Shown: piece after piece, positions 45,240-59,506 of the stretch
How the letters are laid out: each line of letters begins with the position of its first letter
Numbering within the stretch: the stretch's first letter is position 1
From: the human T2T-CHM13v2.0 reference genome, Homo sapiens
Length of the DNA stretch: 64,000 bases
NCBI RefSeq assembly: GCF_009914755.1
Contig: NC_060932.1
Direction: 5' to 3' (one strand)
The notes under the pieces: model-generated
The model's input: only the letters and a program-made list of their open reading frames with translations
What the model was told of the DNA's origin: nothing
Databases searched by the model: none
Program-made: the position numbers and the translations under genes

Positions 45240-45650
45240 TAGAATACAGACTAAGCTGCTTTAACAAAAAGATCCCAAAATGTAGTGACTTAAATGAGTT
45301 GGTTTATTTTGCTAGCACTTAACAGTTTAAGAATAAAGAGTTGGGAACTTAATGGTTTCTAAAGTTGTTTCACTTGTTCCTACTCTTCAGGATATGAGAT
45401 TTGGGGAAAAGTGTCTAAGATAAACAGCTTTAACATTGACAGTATGGGCAATTACACACATCATTGTTGTTCGTGGTTGGTTACATGGTTACATCGTTCC
45501 ACCTGGATGCAAGAGAGGCACAAATCTTAAATCCCAAATCATCATTCTCTTTAGGAGAGCAGCCATGTTCTCAGATAAAATTTGAGGCTTCCGTTACTGT
45601 TAGGAAGAAGAGGTGTATGGGCATATTATTACCATGAGCAGTCTCTGCCC
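45240..45650 (-). mobile_element. Old MLT1 (J/K-like) LTR
   Basis: ctaagctgctttaacaaaaagatcccaaaatgtagtgacttaaa...agcagtctctgcc. Confidence 0.55.
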
Positions 45651-45839
45651 ACTCAACAGGAAATAACTAACTGAGAGTTTTGGAGTAAAATGCTATATCC
45701 TGTGCCATGTAAAGACCCACCTCAAGCTTTCCTCCAAAACATTTCGTGAAATATATATTGTTCACTAACGTTTTGCAGCAGTTTCCTTCTAGTAAATGTG
45801 ACCAGCTAAGTTCTGCTTCAAGGTTGGCACACTGGCAAC

Positions 45840-46070
45840 CACAAACACTGTGCCCAGGGATAGGGAGAAATGAGTTGCACATGGATTACCTCGTTTTATC
45901 TTCACAACAGCCCCACTAAGGAGCTATTGCCATCTCCTTATTAGAAGAGAGAATGGAGACTCAGAAGGCAAATAACAACCTGGAGCCACACATTTGGGAA
46001 GTGACGAAATTGGGATTCCAGCTGCAAGGCCCATGATCCCAAAGCCCTGTATCACATCATGATGCCCCTC
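45840..46070 (-). mobile_element. MIR
   Basis: atcttcacaacagcccc..gagaatggagactcagaaggcaaataac. Confidence 0.65.
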
Positions 46071-47269
46071 TATTTGCTGCATGTTCTACCTTCTTTCCCA
46101 AGGAAAGGCAACAAGCCTAACTGGGCCCAAGGATGTGGGTGATTTCACTCTATCCTTGTACAGCTATTCTTGCTTTAAGTTTTCCCAGCGACCAAACCCC
46201 TTACAAAGCAAATCCAAACCACCTTAAGCAAATGTTTTTAAATGAGATAAGGACATATTACTTAATTTGGAAACTTAGCCTTTAGATAGTCTTTATTCTC
46301 CCCAAGGATTTGACAATTAACCTTTAAAAACATTTTAATTCAACAAAGTGATAGGCAAAAATTGGTAGATAATTAGTCAGTGTCTGTTCACAGACATTTA
46401 AATGTGATGAATAATGACACAGTTACATGTTAAGTTTGCTTTCACAGATAATTAGGAAACACACATATCATGTCACGGGGGCGAGCATAATCTAAGGTTT
46501 CCATGATTATACTGTATCCATTAGCTAAAGAACTACTTTTAAAATAATGAGCATGCTTCCTAGTGTGAATAACTTTGGCTCCAGGGTAACATTCTACCCA
46601 AAAGTGCATAACATTTCTCTTGACAAATCCAGAGTTCTTCTGCCCATTAAAAACTAGCCATTCTGTGGGAAGCCTGACTTGTCTTCCCAGTTATGTACAA
46701 GATTCCATTATGCTCCTATTTCCTCTGGTAAATGAACAAAGGTAGATATTTAATCAAAAGCTGGACACTACAGGCATAGACCAAGACTATGTAAGGCTTT
46801 AGAATTATACGTAGTGTCCTGATACTCAGCACAGAACTCTGAAAAAAATTGACTCTAACAAAGCCTTGCTGAAAACAGGAAACAATCTCACCAGGGTCAG
46901 ATATTAAGGTCATAGAATAAATTATGAGAAACTCTAACAGAAAACTTTTTTCTCAGTGATATTTGAAAGCTTCTATGTTTCTCAGAAGAGAGAGGATTTA
47001 TTTAGGTGGTGTCTACATCGTCATTGCCCTAAATGACAATGGAACACTAATCTCTTAAGAGGTTCTCAGAAAAGAAGATTTCTGGGCTTAGAGTTGAGAA
47101 TGTTTCTATTCTACAAACTACTTGAGATATACAAGATATATGAACATATTGACTCTGAAAAATTCTTTAATATTTTCTTACTTAATGTAGTGTTTCCAAA
47201 ACTTGTTTGACCACAAAAACCTTAGGGAAAAAACTCTATGAATATCCTTCCCCTCACTCCCAATCCCCA

Positions 47270-47880
47270 TATTTTCCAACTAGCAATCACAGGGAGATTT
47301 TTATTTAAAGCATGAATCAGATCATTGTCACTCCTTTGCTCAAAAATGACTCCAGTGGCTTCATGTCAACTCAGCATAAAAATCACAGTCCAAACCAAGA
47401 TCCACAAAGCCCTACATTATCTGGTCCCTTACCTTGATCAATATCTGCCTCATGCATGCCTTCATGGGTCACACTGTCTACCTTGCTGCTTCTAGAATAT
47501 GCCACACACCCTTTTTTCTTAGGGATTCTTCCCACTGCTATCCTTTTGCTTCACTCACTCTATTCTTTTCTCTGCTCAAATGTCATTTTCCCACAGCGTT
47601 TTTTTTTAACCTTTCTAAAGAAAACATCCTATATAAAATGAGTTCCTTCTTCACATGTTAGCCTTTTACTCTCTCTTATTTTTCTTCACAGTACTATTCA
47701 CTACATGATATTTTATAGAATCACTTATTTATTAGCTTATTTCTCATCTCTCTTCTTAGAATGTAAACTTTTTGAGTAAAGATCTTTTCTGTTTTGTTTG
47801 CTCCGTTATCCCCAATGTCGATCCCTGACACATAGCAGGTGCTCAATAAGTAAGCATTGAGTGCATGAGGGAATGAATGA
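47270..47880 (+). mobile_element. L2a 3' end
   Basis: aatcagatcattgtcactcctttgctcaaaa...cctgacacatagcaggtgctcaataagt..gaatgaatga. Confidence 0.8.
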
Positions 47881-48999
47881 GTATCCCACAGGACCAGTAA
47901 GCAACCCACAGAATACATTCAGGAATTGATTGTTGTTATAATGCCAAAATGACAGATAGATTTGATTGATTCAAACAAGCAGGAAAAGAAAAAATTACAA
48001 AATCAGTTATTTGGTTGATAAAACTAATGCAGAAAAATGTTTTTGCTAAATTTTTATACTGTGTGGAGTTTCATAACCATTCCACAAAAACAGCTTTAGC
48101 CTTTTATTTGTTGAAATATATGAGGTTCTTATTCCTTAGAGGAATTTTCTACTTTTTTTATAGCTGGGAATTTTTCTGCTCACAAAAATGACCTAAAGTT
48201 CTATGAATTACAACCTGGCTTGATCTCTACCAGAGAATATTCAAAGATTCCATGACCTTCAGTGAGGTAAAACGCAGAAGTACTTTTCTGGCAACTGAAA
48301 TCTATTAAGTAGGTAAAATGCTGAACTTTGTTGCTTTGCAATTCCAGAAGTCTCACATCAAGAAATCAGTGGTCTAATTTCCTATTATTTGAATTATGAT
48401 TCTAATGACATTGTGCACTCAAAATTATTAGAACCTTTGAGAAATCAGAGAAAAAGCAATTAAATAAAGATGAGTTTCCTTGAATATGTCACAAATTGAG
48501 AATGGAGTATTATTCACAACATCATTAACATCATAAGAAATTATTGCCTTAGCTTCAAAAGAGTCACTATCAATGAAGAATTATCTGCTTAAGAGTCAAA
48601 ATAAAGAAACAAGCATTGAAAGTTACTACTAATTTCCTCCCTCATAAAGCTTCGATTTCTAGCTGCCACTAAAAAAGAAAAATTGTTGCCACACTCTCTT
48701 TGCTTGGAAACTATTTAGATACTGCTTTTTCAAACACAGGCTTAGGGAAATTTGATGAAGAGACTCATTTTTCATAATTATGTGAGCTGTAGTTAGTGAG
48801 CAGGAAAGAAGAAAAGCTTTTATGTAAGAAAATGTCATCAGTATCGAAAGTTTAGGTATGGATTGGTGCCTCAATGGCAATGACAGGTTAGAATCCAAAT
48901 CAGTCTAAGGACAGGAGAATAAAAGAGGTTATGAGGAAATAGGATAACGCAACAGGATACTAATTTACAAATTTCAACTGAGGCATAGAGAAATACTAT

Positions 49000-49230
49000 A
49001 AAATACCAATAGCATATAATGGGCCAGGCCCTCTTCTAAGAGTTTTTCTGACTTTAATTCTCATGATAAAAATACGAAGCAGGAACTTCTGTAAAACCTT
49101 CTATAGATGATGAAATGAAGCACAGACAGGCCAAGTAACTTGTCCAGTGTCACACAGCTATTGTCATGAGTCTCAGATTCCAATTTAAACCCAGGCATTC
49201 TAGTTTAGAGTGAAGTCAAAAGTACTGCAT
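49000..49230 (-). mobile_element. MIR
   Basis: atagatgatgaaatgaagcacagacaggccaagtaacttgtccagtgtcacacagcta. Confidence 0.75.
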
Positions 49231-49339
49231 AAGATACTGAAGTCGCTCAAGACATAACCACATGCAGAAATTTGTTAGGAATCAGCTTGCTGAAAGCTGG
49301 TTTTTGCAAAACCAAAAACAAAAATTTTTCTACAAAGGG

Positions 49340-50640
49340 GTGATGAGAGTTCCAAGAGAGTGCAATGAGGTAAAGGATTTTGTAGGAAGATTTCTTTGAC
49401 ATAGTCTACTTTTTGGGCACCAACCCCTCTTTCTTCAAGTGAGAATGGTGGGTGGGTCCAGCCTTCTTAAGACAAGTCTAGTGATTGAAGGAGGTTTGGG
49501 AGATTCAACAAGACCACTTAGAGAGCCTTTGATATTACAGACACAGTGGATCGAGCTCTGACCTCTGTCTATGGAAATCTGGAAGGCAACAGAGACAAGC
49601 ACAGGAGCTGCTTTGATGGTAGGGAGAAGGCAAGTTTCCGCAGCCTGGTGAAAGTGACTCCAATTGTTGAAAATGACCCCTTAAGGTGGGTCAAAGCGTG
49701 TGTCATTTTTTTTTTTTTCCTGTGAAACAAAAAATTAACCTGGAAAATACAGGTATTTGTTTTTTGTTTGTGCTGTTTTCCTAGTACCTAGGATAATGCT
49801 TGTTCTACTCTTTAGAACGGATGTTCAATAAACATTTATTGAAGGACTGGATGAATGAACAAAGCACTGTGGAAGGAGTGGCCAGCAAAAGATGAGCCAT
49901 TGCCACTTCACAGGAGATCAAGCTAGAGATCCTATAAGGGAGGCTCCAAAATACCCATTCCATCTTCAGTGGAAAAAGGTTCAGCATTTGTACGTCTATT
50001 ACTCAGAAGGTTCCTTTTAGATTAAGACATTTGTGAGTATCATGTGATCTTTTCCATCAATTGCACTCCCCATCCTACCCTGGTGAGTTACTCTACTCTC
50101 TCACTCTTCTATATTGCTGTTGAGATCTCTAAGGAGGAAGGCAAAGAGGAGATGGCCCCTTTTCCCAATGATCTTGGCAGGCTGGAGGAGACTGTGAGGA
50201 AACAACATTTAATATAAGATCAATATCAGGTTTTGACTATTTCTGAAGCCTTCTGACTCTAATTTCTGAATGGATATTCTTTGCACTTAAAGTAACTACA
50301 GGACTGAAACTGAAGTTATGGGTCATGTTAGTGTTGCTGGAGCCTAGCAAGGGCCATTGGGCACGTCTCTTCCCAGTTCTACTCACGTGCAGTGATGTCA
50401 CACCAGTAGCTTGAAGTCAGTGATGATGGGAGTATTTAACCATGGAAGTCACCAGGCACTACAAATTCACCACCCCACCCTCTTGGCCCTGACAAAGAGC
50501 CACATGCTATACATTTAGCACTGTTCCATTGGTTACCCAAAGTTTATCCATGAGGAAAGAAGACAATCTATTATCAGAACTGTTTGTGGGAGACAGAAAT
50601 GAAGTGTTATTTGATTATGGTTTCTCCTATAAGTTATCTG
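49340..50640 (+). mobile_element. Second LTR78-like remnant with nested L2 tail and MER63
   Basis: cacttaaagtaactacaggact..aagttatggg and gtgggagacagaaatgaagtgttatttgatta resemble the LTR78 3' part. Confidence 0.4.
50329..50523. mobile_element. MER63A-like hAT-Blackjack MITE
   Basis: cagtgatgtcacaccagtagcttgaagtcag..tgggagtatttaaccatggaa. Confidence 0.75.
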
Positions 50641-51230
50641 GAAATAAGTTATTTAAATTCCAAATACATGTGGGTTTTGATATTTTTATTATAGATTTCT
50701 AGCATAATTTTTGTTAATGTAATCTAAATGATACCTATTCTTTGACATTTATTAATATCATGATCAATTTTTGTAAATGTTCTACATGTACTTGAAAACA
50801 TATATATGTGTATTCTGTAGTTGTTGTTTGCAACATACCATCTATGCCTACAAAGTCAAATTTGTTATTCTACTGTTCATTCCTCTATATTCTTGCTAAT
50901 TTTAAAAATCATCCTGACATGTCAATACTTGAGAGAGGTATTTAATACCCCACTATGGTGGTAGAATTGTATACGTCTGTCAGAAATTCCTTCAAATATG
51001 TACTTTTTTAATATGAGCACACATATTTAGAATTTTTGTAGCTTTTTGGTGAATGGAAACTTTCATCAATATGTAGGGATCTTATCACTAAGAATGCTTT
51101 ATCTCTTACAGTCTGTTTTGTATAGTATTAATATAGTAATATGCAGCTTTAAAAAATTATTTGTTCAATATTTACTTTTCTATTTATTTTCAATCTTTTA
51201 TGCTCTTATATTTTAGGTGAGTCTATAACT
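50640..51230 (-). mobile_element. Ancient L1M ORF2 endonuclease-region fragment, inverted relative to its neighbour
   Basis: tgatcaatttttgtaaatgttctacatgtacttgaaaa and gagagaggtatttaataccccactatggtggt are antisense KID and GDFNTPLS regions. Confidence 0.65.
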
Positions 51231-51527
51231 GAATGATTATAAAGATACTTGTTGAATTCAACAAAAGTCATGCTTTGTGAAAAATTTTTAGCCTCAAATG
51301 AACATAAAATAAGAGAAGAAGGGCTAAAAGTCTATGACCTAAGTATATAACTTAGGAAGTTAGTAAAATAACAAGTAAACCCAAAGATTCCTTGAAAACC
51401 CTCCAGATTCCTTGAAAAGACTAACAAAATGGACAAACTTCTGGCAAGGCATATAAATTGGGGAGGGGGGCAAAGAAGAAACAAACAAATAATGGTAGGA
51501 ATCAAAAAGGCCACAAGAGTGTCTATG

Positions 51528-51731
51528 AGTGAGTCTCAGCCAGGCTCTTCCAGAGGATAATTGACAATGTCTGAAGACATTTTTGACCATCATTATTTAG
51601 GGAGTGTTACTGGCATCTAGTGGGTAGAAGCCAGAGATGCTGCTAAACATCCTACAATGCACAGGACAGCCCCCACACCAAAGAATTATGCAGCCCAAAA
51701 TGTCAGTAGTGTCAATTTTGAAAAATCTTGC
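51528..51731. mobile_element. MER20 (hAT-Charlie)
   Basis: actggcatctagtgggtagaagccagagatgctgctaaacatcctacaatgcacaggacagccccc. Confidence 0.9.
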
Positions 51732-53032
51732 AATCTTGCTGTAGATTACAATGATATCTAACAAATAAATTAATCCCATCAACAACTATATGCCACCTTT
51801 GAACAGTTAATTGAAAAAATTCCTAGAAAAACATAGTTTTAAACTGACTCAAAAAATGAAAACTTTAAATTATTCTTTAACCATTAAAAAAAGCCAAAAA
51901 TCTTTCCACAACGAAATCACTAGATTCAGATAGTTTTATAGGCAAGTAGAGTTAAATTTCTAAGGCACCAATCTCCTACAAACTCTTTTAAGGAAGAGAA
52001 AGATGAAATATTACTAAATACCTCTGTGAAGAAAGCGAACTGGAGAGCAAAGCCAGACAAAGAAAAACAAGCTCAATTTCTCTCCTAATCATAAGTACAA
52101 AATATTCTAAACCAAATAAGAATTGTTTCAGTTGAACAATATGTAAAAGTTATGGTACATAACGAATAACTTGAGTATATTCCGGGGATGCGGAGATGAT
52201 TTATAGAATTTATAAATGTAATTAACTACGCTAAGACATTACAGGAAAAGCCGCAGTGCCTTTTTCATAAATGCCTCCGATAAAAATAATAAAAATGAAC
52301 CTAAATTCAGGATAAAACTCTCCATAAATTGCAATAATAAAAGATATCTAAACAACAATATACCCTATAGAACACATCACCCTAAATTGGAAAAAAATAG
52401 AAAATAGATGAAGATGCCATTTTCACCATTTCTATTAGCATTTTATTGGAGGACTTAGCCAAAAAATTAAAGCAAGAAACAGTAAGGAAGGTCATAAGGA
52501 TTGAAAATTCTTAAAGAAACATTTATTTGCAGGCAACATTATCATTTACATAGGAAGTCCAAAAGAATCTACAGACAATTTATTAGAAATAATGGAAGAA
52601 GTTACTAAAGTGGCTATCCATTTTTATACAATAGGAATGACTCTTGAAAATCATTTTTTAAAAAAGCTTCCCTTTGAAATAATACCCCAAAAATAAAAGG
52701 CATAGAATTAAACTTAGCAAAATATTTGAAAAATATTTTGGGAAATGTATAGACTTTATTGAAAGACATTTTAAAAAACTAACTAAAGAGGTATATATGT
52801 TTATGAGAAGTAGAATTGATTTTAAAATAAATATGAAAGGAGAATGGGTCCAAAATATCTCAGACATTACTAAATAGCTAGGCTCATTTTGAAGCTATGA
52901 CAATTATATCTTGGTACAGAGACAGAAAAATTGGCCAGTAGAATATAGAATTCAGAGACATACCCACACATACGTGAAACTTTGGGCATGCCAGGCCATT
53001 TGGGGAGAAAGGTTGTCCAATAAATGGAATTA

Positions 53033-53459
<427 letters not shown>

Positions 53460-55051
53460 TTAGACATCAGTTTGGCTTTGCTGAAGATATGCAGAGCTTA
53501 TGACCCAGAAATTTTTCTGCTAAGCATATACCTAAGAGAAACTCCAGCACATAGGTACCAGGAAATCTATACAAAGATGTTTATAGCAGCCCTGTTGCAT
53601 AGTAGCAGAAACCTAGAAACAACTAAGTTCAAAGGAAAATGAATAAATAAATTCTGATATTGTGGTGCGCACATATGCTAAAATGTTGCAGTCAAAACAA
53701 ATGAACTATACCTAGACACAAAGACATGGATGACTCTTTGCAATATAATTTTAAGTGAAAAAAAAGTCACAAAAGATTATGTGCATTATGCTACCTTTTC
53801 TTATAAAGTTAAAAACATCTAAAAGGTTTTGAGTGACTAGATGTAATAGAAATATATTATTTAAAAAGTGAGCAAATGATAAGCACCACATTTGAGATAG
53901 TGGTACCTTTACATAGAGGAGAGAAAGAGGGACAAGATGGGAAAGAAACATATAGGGAGATATTAGCCATTATCAATATTCTCATTTTTTAAATTTCTGG
54001 TGGTAGTTTTACAGGTGATTATCCTAGATAACTGGTTAGGAAATGGCCTTGCATGGACAATAATGAGACTGGGTCATAAATCAAGGATCATAATTAATTC
54101 AATTCTATGGATCTGAGACCCAGTTAAAAAGAAGAAACCTATGAAGGAGGCACTACCATGAAATCTTTGTTATAGGAGGGGGCCACTGAGACACAGAGAT
54201 CTAGAAACATGATAATAAGTGGTGGAGCCAATGTTTTTAACCCAGGTGCTCTCATCTAAGGCCAATGCTCTTAGTCGTATGCTCCAAAAAGAAGGAAATT
54301 GCTTCTTAATTCATGGTAGTATTAATATATGGTAGAATATGTAGATACAAAAGAGAAAATTAAAGAAATACAACAGAATATGAACAGTAGCAGATATATC
54401 AGGAGCAGGCAGTATCTTTCAATTAACATAGAAAGTCCTTGTATCATAATTACTAGACTCTGGGTAAACAAAAAGGGCATCAAAGAACCTATGCAACTCA
54501 CAAGAAAGAGGAGGACTGAAGATTTGAGGATTTGGAATAAAGAGTGGCACAGGAGAAATTATTGGAAACCAGAAAACGGACTGAGTGATTCAACCACTTT
54601 TGAGAACAGAGATAATAACAATGCTTAGAAAGAAAGCACTGGTGGTTAATAAACTACAACTGCAGAATATAAGTTACCTATTCTGAGTCATACATATGAA
54701 CCAAATATCAGCTGGAGTTACCCTATATACCAGTATTTAACTAAATTTTTATAAAACGCTGGATTTCCCTCCCACCATATATAACAAATTCAAAAGAATT
54801 CTTGATAGACCACATTTCTCCTAGTGCCTACATTGTGAATTGCTGCACTCACAAATTCTCAAATTCACTCACCTCTTACTTCCAGGACTGTTCTCTTCTC
54901 TCTTTTCTTTGCCATCCCAGACACAGAAAACACCTTCTTTTACAATATTTCTTCCAAAACTATTTTCATAAGGTATTTTGTATGCTACTTTAACACAGTA
55001 ACCAATTTAAAATTTAATATTAAACATCCCTGTTTAAAAGTCCTTTAGCTG

Positions 55052-55331
55052 GGCCAGGTATGGCAGCTCACACCTGTAATTCCAGCACTTTGGAAGGCCA
55101 GAGTGGGAGGATTGCTTGAGGCTTGGAAATCAAGACCAGCTTGGGCAACCTAGCAAGACCTCTTCTTTACAAAATAAAAAATTAGCCAGGTGTGGTGGTA
55201 TGTGTCTGTAGTCCTAGTTACTCAGGAGGCTAAGGTGAGAGGAGTGCCTGAGCCCAGGAGTTTGAGGTTGTAGTGAGCTGTGATGGCACCACTGCACTCC
55301 AGCCTAGGTGGCAGAGTCAGACTCTGCCTGT
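55052..55331 (+). mobile_element. AluJ without poly(A) tail, inserted in an L2 fragment
   Basis: J diagnostics ggaggattgcttgagg and gagcccaggagtttgagg; TSD aagtcctttagct (55038-55050 / 55332-55344). Confidence 0.92.
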
Positions 55332-55805
55332 AAGTCCTTTAGCTTTCATGCCACCAAGCATTCCTCACTGACTACCTTTCTCCATAAGTTCCAGCCAGTG
55401 ACTGTGCATCCTTATTCTCTATATTTTTCTTCCCCTCCCCTCTAACTTCTTCCTTATAAACTCAACTTCATGTTAACTTCTTACAAAGCATATTTTAGCT
55501 ACCTCTTCCTCCATTATTTAATAACACTGCCCAGTCTGTCAAAACATCCTATCAAGGTATTTTTTCTAAACAAACACAGTAACTTTCCTAAAGGCTTATC
55601 CTTGTGCCATCTAATACCTCTATACTGAGCAATAAATAGCGGCTACCAAGATCCCTCATTCCCCTCCTACAGCTTTCCTGGATCCTCCACTGGAAGGGCA
55701 GACCTTGCCACAATCCAGGAACTAAACAGGTAAAACGCGGCACAGCAGAGGACCTTGATCTAACCTTTTCAACATTTAAACAATATTTTCAATGTCACCC
55801 AATTA

Positions 55806-55905
55806 TGTGTGTGTGTGTGTGTAAGCAGCCACGATAAATGTATAGATTGATGATAGATAATACAGATGGATGGATAAATGGATGGATGATGAATGGGTGG
55901 ATATA
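55806..55905. repeat. (TG)8 and degenerate (TGGA)n
   Basis: tgtgtgtgtgtgtgtgt and gatggatggataaatggatggatgatgaatgggtggat. Confidence 0.8.
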
Positions 55906-56064
55906 GTTTGACATCTGTTTTGACATCTTAACATTCCTCGCTCCTTTCCGTTTGGAGATGTATCTTTCCTCCATTATTTACAGTCTTCCTAGATGGTGCA
56001 CCCAGGAGACTAAGGAAAAATATGTGACCCAAATTAAACAAATCAGACCCTGACTTTGACTTAT

Positions 56065-56217
56065 TAGGATTGCCAAAGTAAAAATATTGCATGGAATACA
56101 CTTATAAATTACATAATATACATTTAGCATAAGTTTATACTAAAATTATTGGCTGTTTATCTGAAATTCAAATTTAACTATGTCTTGTATTTTTATTTGC
56201 TAAATCTGGCAATTCTA
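56065..56217. mobile_element. MER53 hAT MITE
   Basis: TIRs taggattgcca / tggcaattcta; internal gtttatctgaaattcaaatttaact. Confidence 0.85.
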
Positions 56218-56365
56218 CCCATAATTCAAGTCATAGCTGCTTGTCACAACCAGAAGCCTCCTGGAGCGCGGATACTCCTCTGCTGCTTTCTAAAGCAACT
56301 GGCCATTGGTTTTTGCCTCCAAAATTCCCTAGCACTACCCAGATTCTGTACTGCCTTGGATCTGG

Positions 56366-56688
56366 TTATTTTTATTTTTATTTTTATTTTTTATTTTTTA
56401 TTTTTTTTGAGACAGAGTCTCACTCTGTCACCCAAGCTGGAGTACAGTGGTGCGATCTTGGCTTACTGTAACCTCCACCAACTGGGTTCAAGTGATTCTC
56501 TTGCCTCAGCCTTCTGGGTAGCTGTAATTACAGGCACGCGCCACCATGCCCGGCTAATTTTTGTATTTTTAGTAGAGACAGGATTTCACCATGTTGGCCA
56601 GGCTGGTCTCGAACTCCTGACCTCGTGATCCGCCCGCCTCAGCCTCCCAAAGTGCTGGGATTACAGGCATGAGCCACCGCGCCCAGCC
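56366..56688 (-). mobile_element. AluSg-like
   Basis: gacctcgtgatccgcccgcc; approximate TSD tctggttatt / tctgctatt. Confidence 0.94.
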
Positions 56689-56829
56689 TCTGCTATTCCT
56701 ATAATGTGTTGAGTATCCTTTACTCCAGTGTTCTTCCAATAAATTTCTTTTTTTTTTTTTTTGGTCTGGGATATCAAGCATGGTTACCTATAGTTTGTAA
56801 GTGAAAAACTCTAGGAGAAATCTTATGGC

Positions 56830-57110
56830 CCAGACACAAGTTGTAGCCCCACTCTGGAAACAGCCAGGTTTTGTTTGGCCCAAAGAGAATATCTAAAACT
56901 GGATTTATTGCCACTAACATCTGAGATAGGAATATTTACACTAAAAATCCATCATTCTGGCTTCTCCAAAACCTCCAATCTGGCAATATGAGGCTGCACT
57001 CCCACATGACAACTGGCTGGATTGGAACAGTTGTTTCCCTTAGATGGAGCATACATTCATTTATTTCTATTGTCTTCCAGGCCCTGTAGGTATTGGAGTA
57101 TTTGATCCAT
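56830..57110. mobile_element. MER102-like hAT-Charlie element
   Basis: gttttgtttggccc; tctggcaatatgaggctgcactcccacatg; cccttagatggagcat. Confidence 0.6.
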
Positions 57111-57149
57111 GGTATTTATAATGCCTTCATGCTCCCTGTTTTTTTGTTG

Positions 57150-58060
57150 TTTGCCTGATTCATTCAGTTTAACTCAATAAATCTTTTCTTAGGACTTAAA
57201 GTCTTGGTCTAATAAAAATGACACACACGTCAAAGGAAAGTTTCATAGGTAATGTGGTGAAAGAAACAATGGAGATAGCTACAGGGTAGTGTGGGAACTG
57301 GTAAGGAACATTTTGTTCAACCTGGAATCTCAGACAAGGTCCCTGAAGGATAAGGGTATAAGAATTCCTGGCAGTAGAGTAAGTTGAACAAAAGGAAAAG
57401 GCATGAAACAACAGATGGAGTATGAATAAATGCAAGTTTTATTTTTACTGTCAGACAACAATTTCTGATGCCACAGCTCCATTTATCCTCTGTTAATCTT
57501 TAACTTCCACTGACTAGACATTAGCCCTAACTACTTACTTATAGGTTTTCCCTCTACTTTAGCCTACTCCAAGATATACTTATTGGTTCTACCAGTCTTA
57601 ATTTCCTATCTGTCTTTTTAGTCACCCTCCAGGGAAGTGTGAGCCTCTCTCTTAAAGAAAAACATCATGGCACCACCTCTAGACCAGTGGCTTTTCAGGG
57701 GACCAAAGCCACTGAGTGAGTCACATGCCATTAGGACTTATATCTCATTTTTCCTTGATCTACCTGACTCTGTACCTTGAAAGTCAACTGAGAGTTCTAT
57801 GATTTCCCTCTAATAAGCAACAAATCTCTTTAAAAATGTCTTGCATTTGTAGCATCAAACTTCATAGATAAGTATCAATAAGGTAATATTGATATACATT
57901 TGTTCCAGTTGTTTTTCAATGCTTAGAACCACCTACGATGATACAGGTGTTCTATAGTATCAAAAGGAAGGATCTTTGTCTTCTTCACTGCTGTATCCAC
58001 AGTGCTGAGAAAAGTATTTGATGCATAGTAGTGCTTAACAAATAGCCACTTAGTTTAATA
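57150..58060. mobile_element. Scattered L2 fragments
   Basis: Antisense piece at 57150-57440 and a sense 3' end (ggatctttgtcttcttcactgctgtatcc..catagtagtgcttaacaaata) at about 57965-58060. Confidence 0.5.
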
Positions 58061-59506
58061 AATGACACAGCATTTTTCATGAGCAAAAATAAGTAATTTT
58101 TTATACTTCCACTTGCACAACTTTTAAAAATATAACTGCAATCATATTTGTCAAGCAAATAAAATTAGTGTGACTGAACGATTTAAATATAGACCATAAG
58201 CATTCCTTCTTTTTGATATTTAAAGAAGAATTTGCTTTAAATCACAGGCTTACTTTAAAAGACAGTGCATCAGTTGCAACAAAAATTATTTCAATCTTTT
58301 TACATGATGTAGAGATCTAAGCAACTATGTTGCTCTCTTTAAGTTGTGAGATTTATCAAGTGGTAAGCTGGGAGTTGTTTTGTTGTGCTATTTTTAAGGA
58401 TTTCAAGGAGAGAACCAAATAGCTGTATTAGCATTTTACTCGCTTTTTTCCCTATTACCTACCTAGTTATAACCAATCTTGTTCTAGAAAGAATTGAATG
58501 TGGCTTGCAAAGTTACATAAAATACACTTAGCATAAATAAAAGCAGAGCAAAAGGAAGAAACAAAGGAAACAAAATCCTAGTAGGAATGATGTTACAATG
58601 CACATAACAGAACTACATGATTGCTCTACACAATTTGACCCTGAGTATTCTACCAGATTCACTAGAAAATGGAAACCTGCTCAGTTACTCAAAGCACAGC
58701 ATCCATAACATGGAAACAGCAATTTGTTAGGACAAGTACCATGATTATTGCACTAAAATCAGATAGGAGAATGTGTTCAATAATGTTCTTACATTTTACC
58801 TCAATATAGGCTGATGATCACTGTAGAGCACAATTTAATAAAAGCAATTCCATGAGGAGGAAATACCTCCTGGTGACTCATCTCTTCCTATTTACCTATT
58901 TGTCATAATTGGCATGAGCAGCTGAGAATTATGCAGTAGCTGGAACAGTACCTTATATAGAATATTCCTACTGACTTTTGTCTTCAGATTACCTTTCATT
59001 TTTCATCAATATATTTCTAAATATCAAGCACAGAAATAAAAAATAATTTCTTATCTTCACCAGTGCCATTCAAGAAAGAAACACCACTAGTCTTGATTTA
59101 CTTTACAAGTTTTTATGTTTGCTGATGTATAAAAATAACTATAAACTTTACCACTTAAAAACTCAGAAATACTCCACTACCTCCTTTCTGTTTGTAGAAA
59201 AGTCTGTGGTGCTCAGCACTGCATTAAGTACAGCATTTAAAAATTCCTATTGTTATTTAATCGTTTATGAAAAAGATGCATAAAGATTATATTGTTTGAC
59301 AAAGTCATGATGAATAAGCAAATAACAATGTTTTTAAAAGAGAAATTTTACTTTTTAATATATAACTGTTTCAACTTGTAAAAGTAAGATTAAAAAGACA
59401 ATAGCTCAGTTTTTAAAGCAACCATCAGGAGGAGGGTGGAACTTTTAGATTCAAATTTAATAAGCATTTGTTGTGCAATGCTATGCACTAAGCACTACAC
59501 TAAAGG

